Part shown: positions 63,877-64,000 of the stretch, one piece after another
Layout of the letters: every line of letters begins with the position of its first letter
Numbering within the stretch: the first letter of the stretch is position 1
Assembly (NCBI RefSeq): GCF_963676685.1
Contig: NC_092346.1
Coordinates: 29,822,001 to 29,886,000 of the forward strand
Length of the DNA: 64,000 nt
Source: Mytilus edulis
Taxonomy: Eukaryota
Direction of reading: 5' to 3'
The notes under the pieces: generated by a model
What the model was told of the DNA's origin: nothing
The model's input: the letters and a program-made list of their open reading frames with translations, nothing else
Databases searched by the model: none
Program-made: the position numbers and the translations under genes

Positions 63877-64000
63877 ATGGATTTTCAAGCATACCCCAGA
63901 AATATGGGGAATAAAAGTTCCCATGCATTGAAGTTGCAACAACATTTATATGATCAGATGTCATCTCAAACTGAATTCTGTGATGTCACCCTGATGGTTG
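63877..64000 (+). CDS. BTB/POZ-domain protein, 5' partial (ZBTB- or Kelch-like)
   Basis: Acceptor TTAACAG at 63860; MDFQAYPRNMGNKSSHALKLQQHLYDQMSSQTEFCDVTLMV... carries the canonical BTB start H..(L)L..L..Q....FCDVTL.V. Confidence 0.85.
   Translation, partial: MDFQAYPRNMGNKSSHALKLQQHLYDQMSSQTEFCDVTLMV

Overview
AT-rich, intron-containing eukaryotic DNA. The repeat content and gene set point to a bivalve mollusc, most likely a Mytilus mussel (inference). Six genes can be rebuilt by hand from GT-AG exons with consistent phases: (1) COG2 on the minus strand, exons 1-6, running off the left end; (2) head-to-head with it, a 9-coding-exon, 541-aa plus-strand gene with an N-terminal TIR-like alpha/beta domain, a long low-complexity linker and a C-terminal death domain (the reverse of MyD88 order), under a compact IRF + NF-kB + AP-1 + TATA-like promoter; (3) a 2-exon, 200-aa acidic orphan gene with a KRKLF cyclin-docking-like motif; (4) a single-coding-exon RING-less B-box/coiled-coil/NHL TRIM-like gene (604 aa); (5) an 8-exon ADAT3 (339 aa, minus strand); (6) the start of a BTB-domain gene at the right edge. 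The rest is a dense set of mobile elements. These include a 3.65-kb element with ~380-bp near-identical TIRs ending in the RSS-heptamer-like CACTGTG with a 5-bp TSD (Transib/RAG-transposon-like), AcademH-like elements with 9-bp TSDs, a three-level nest of Helentron-type (HINE) elements, Ginger, Harbinger, Kolobok and P-like MITEs, SINEs, a truncated LINE, a DIRS/Ngaro relic and a minimal hammerhead ribozyme. All assignments are by eye; no database searches were run.
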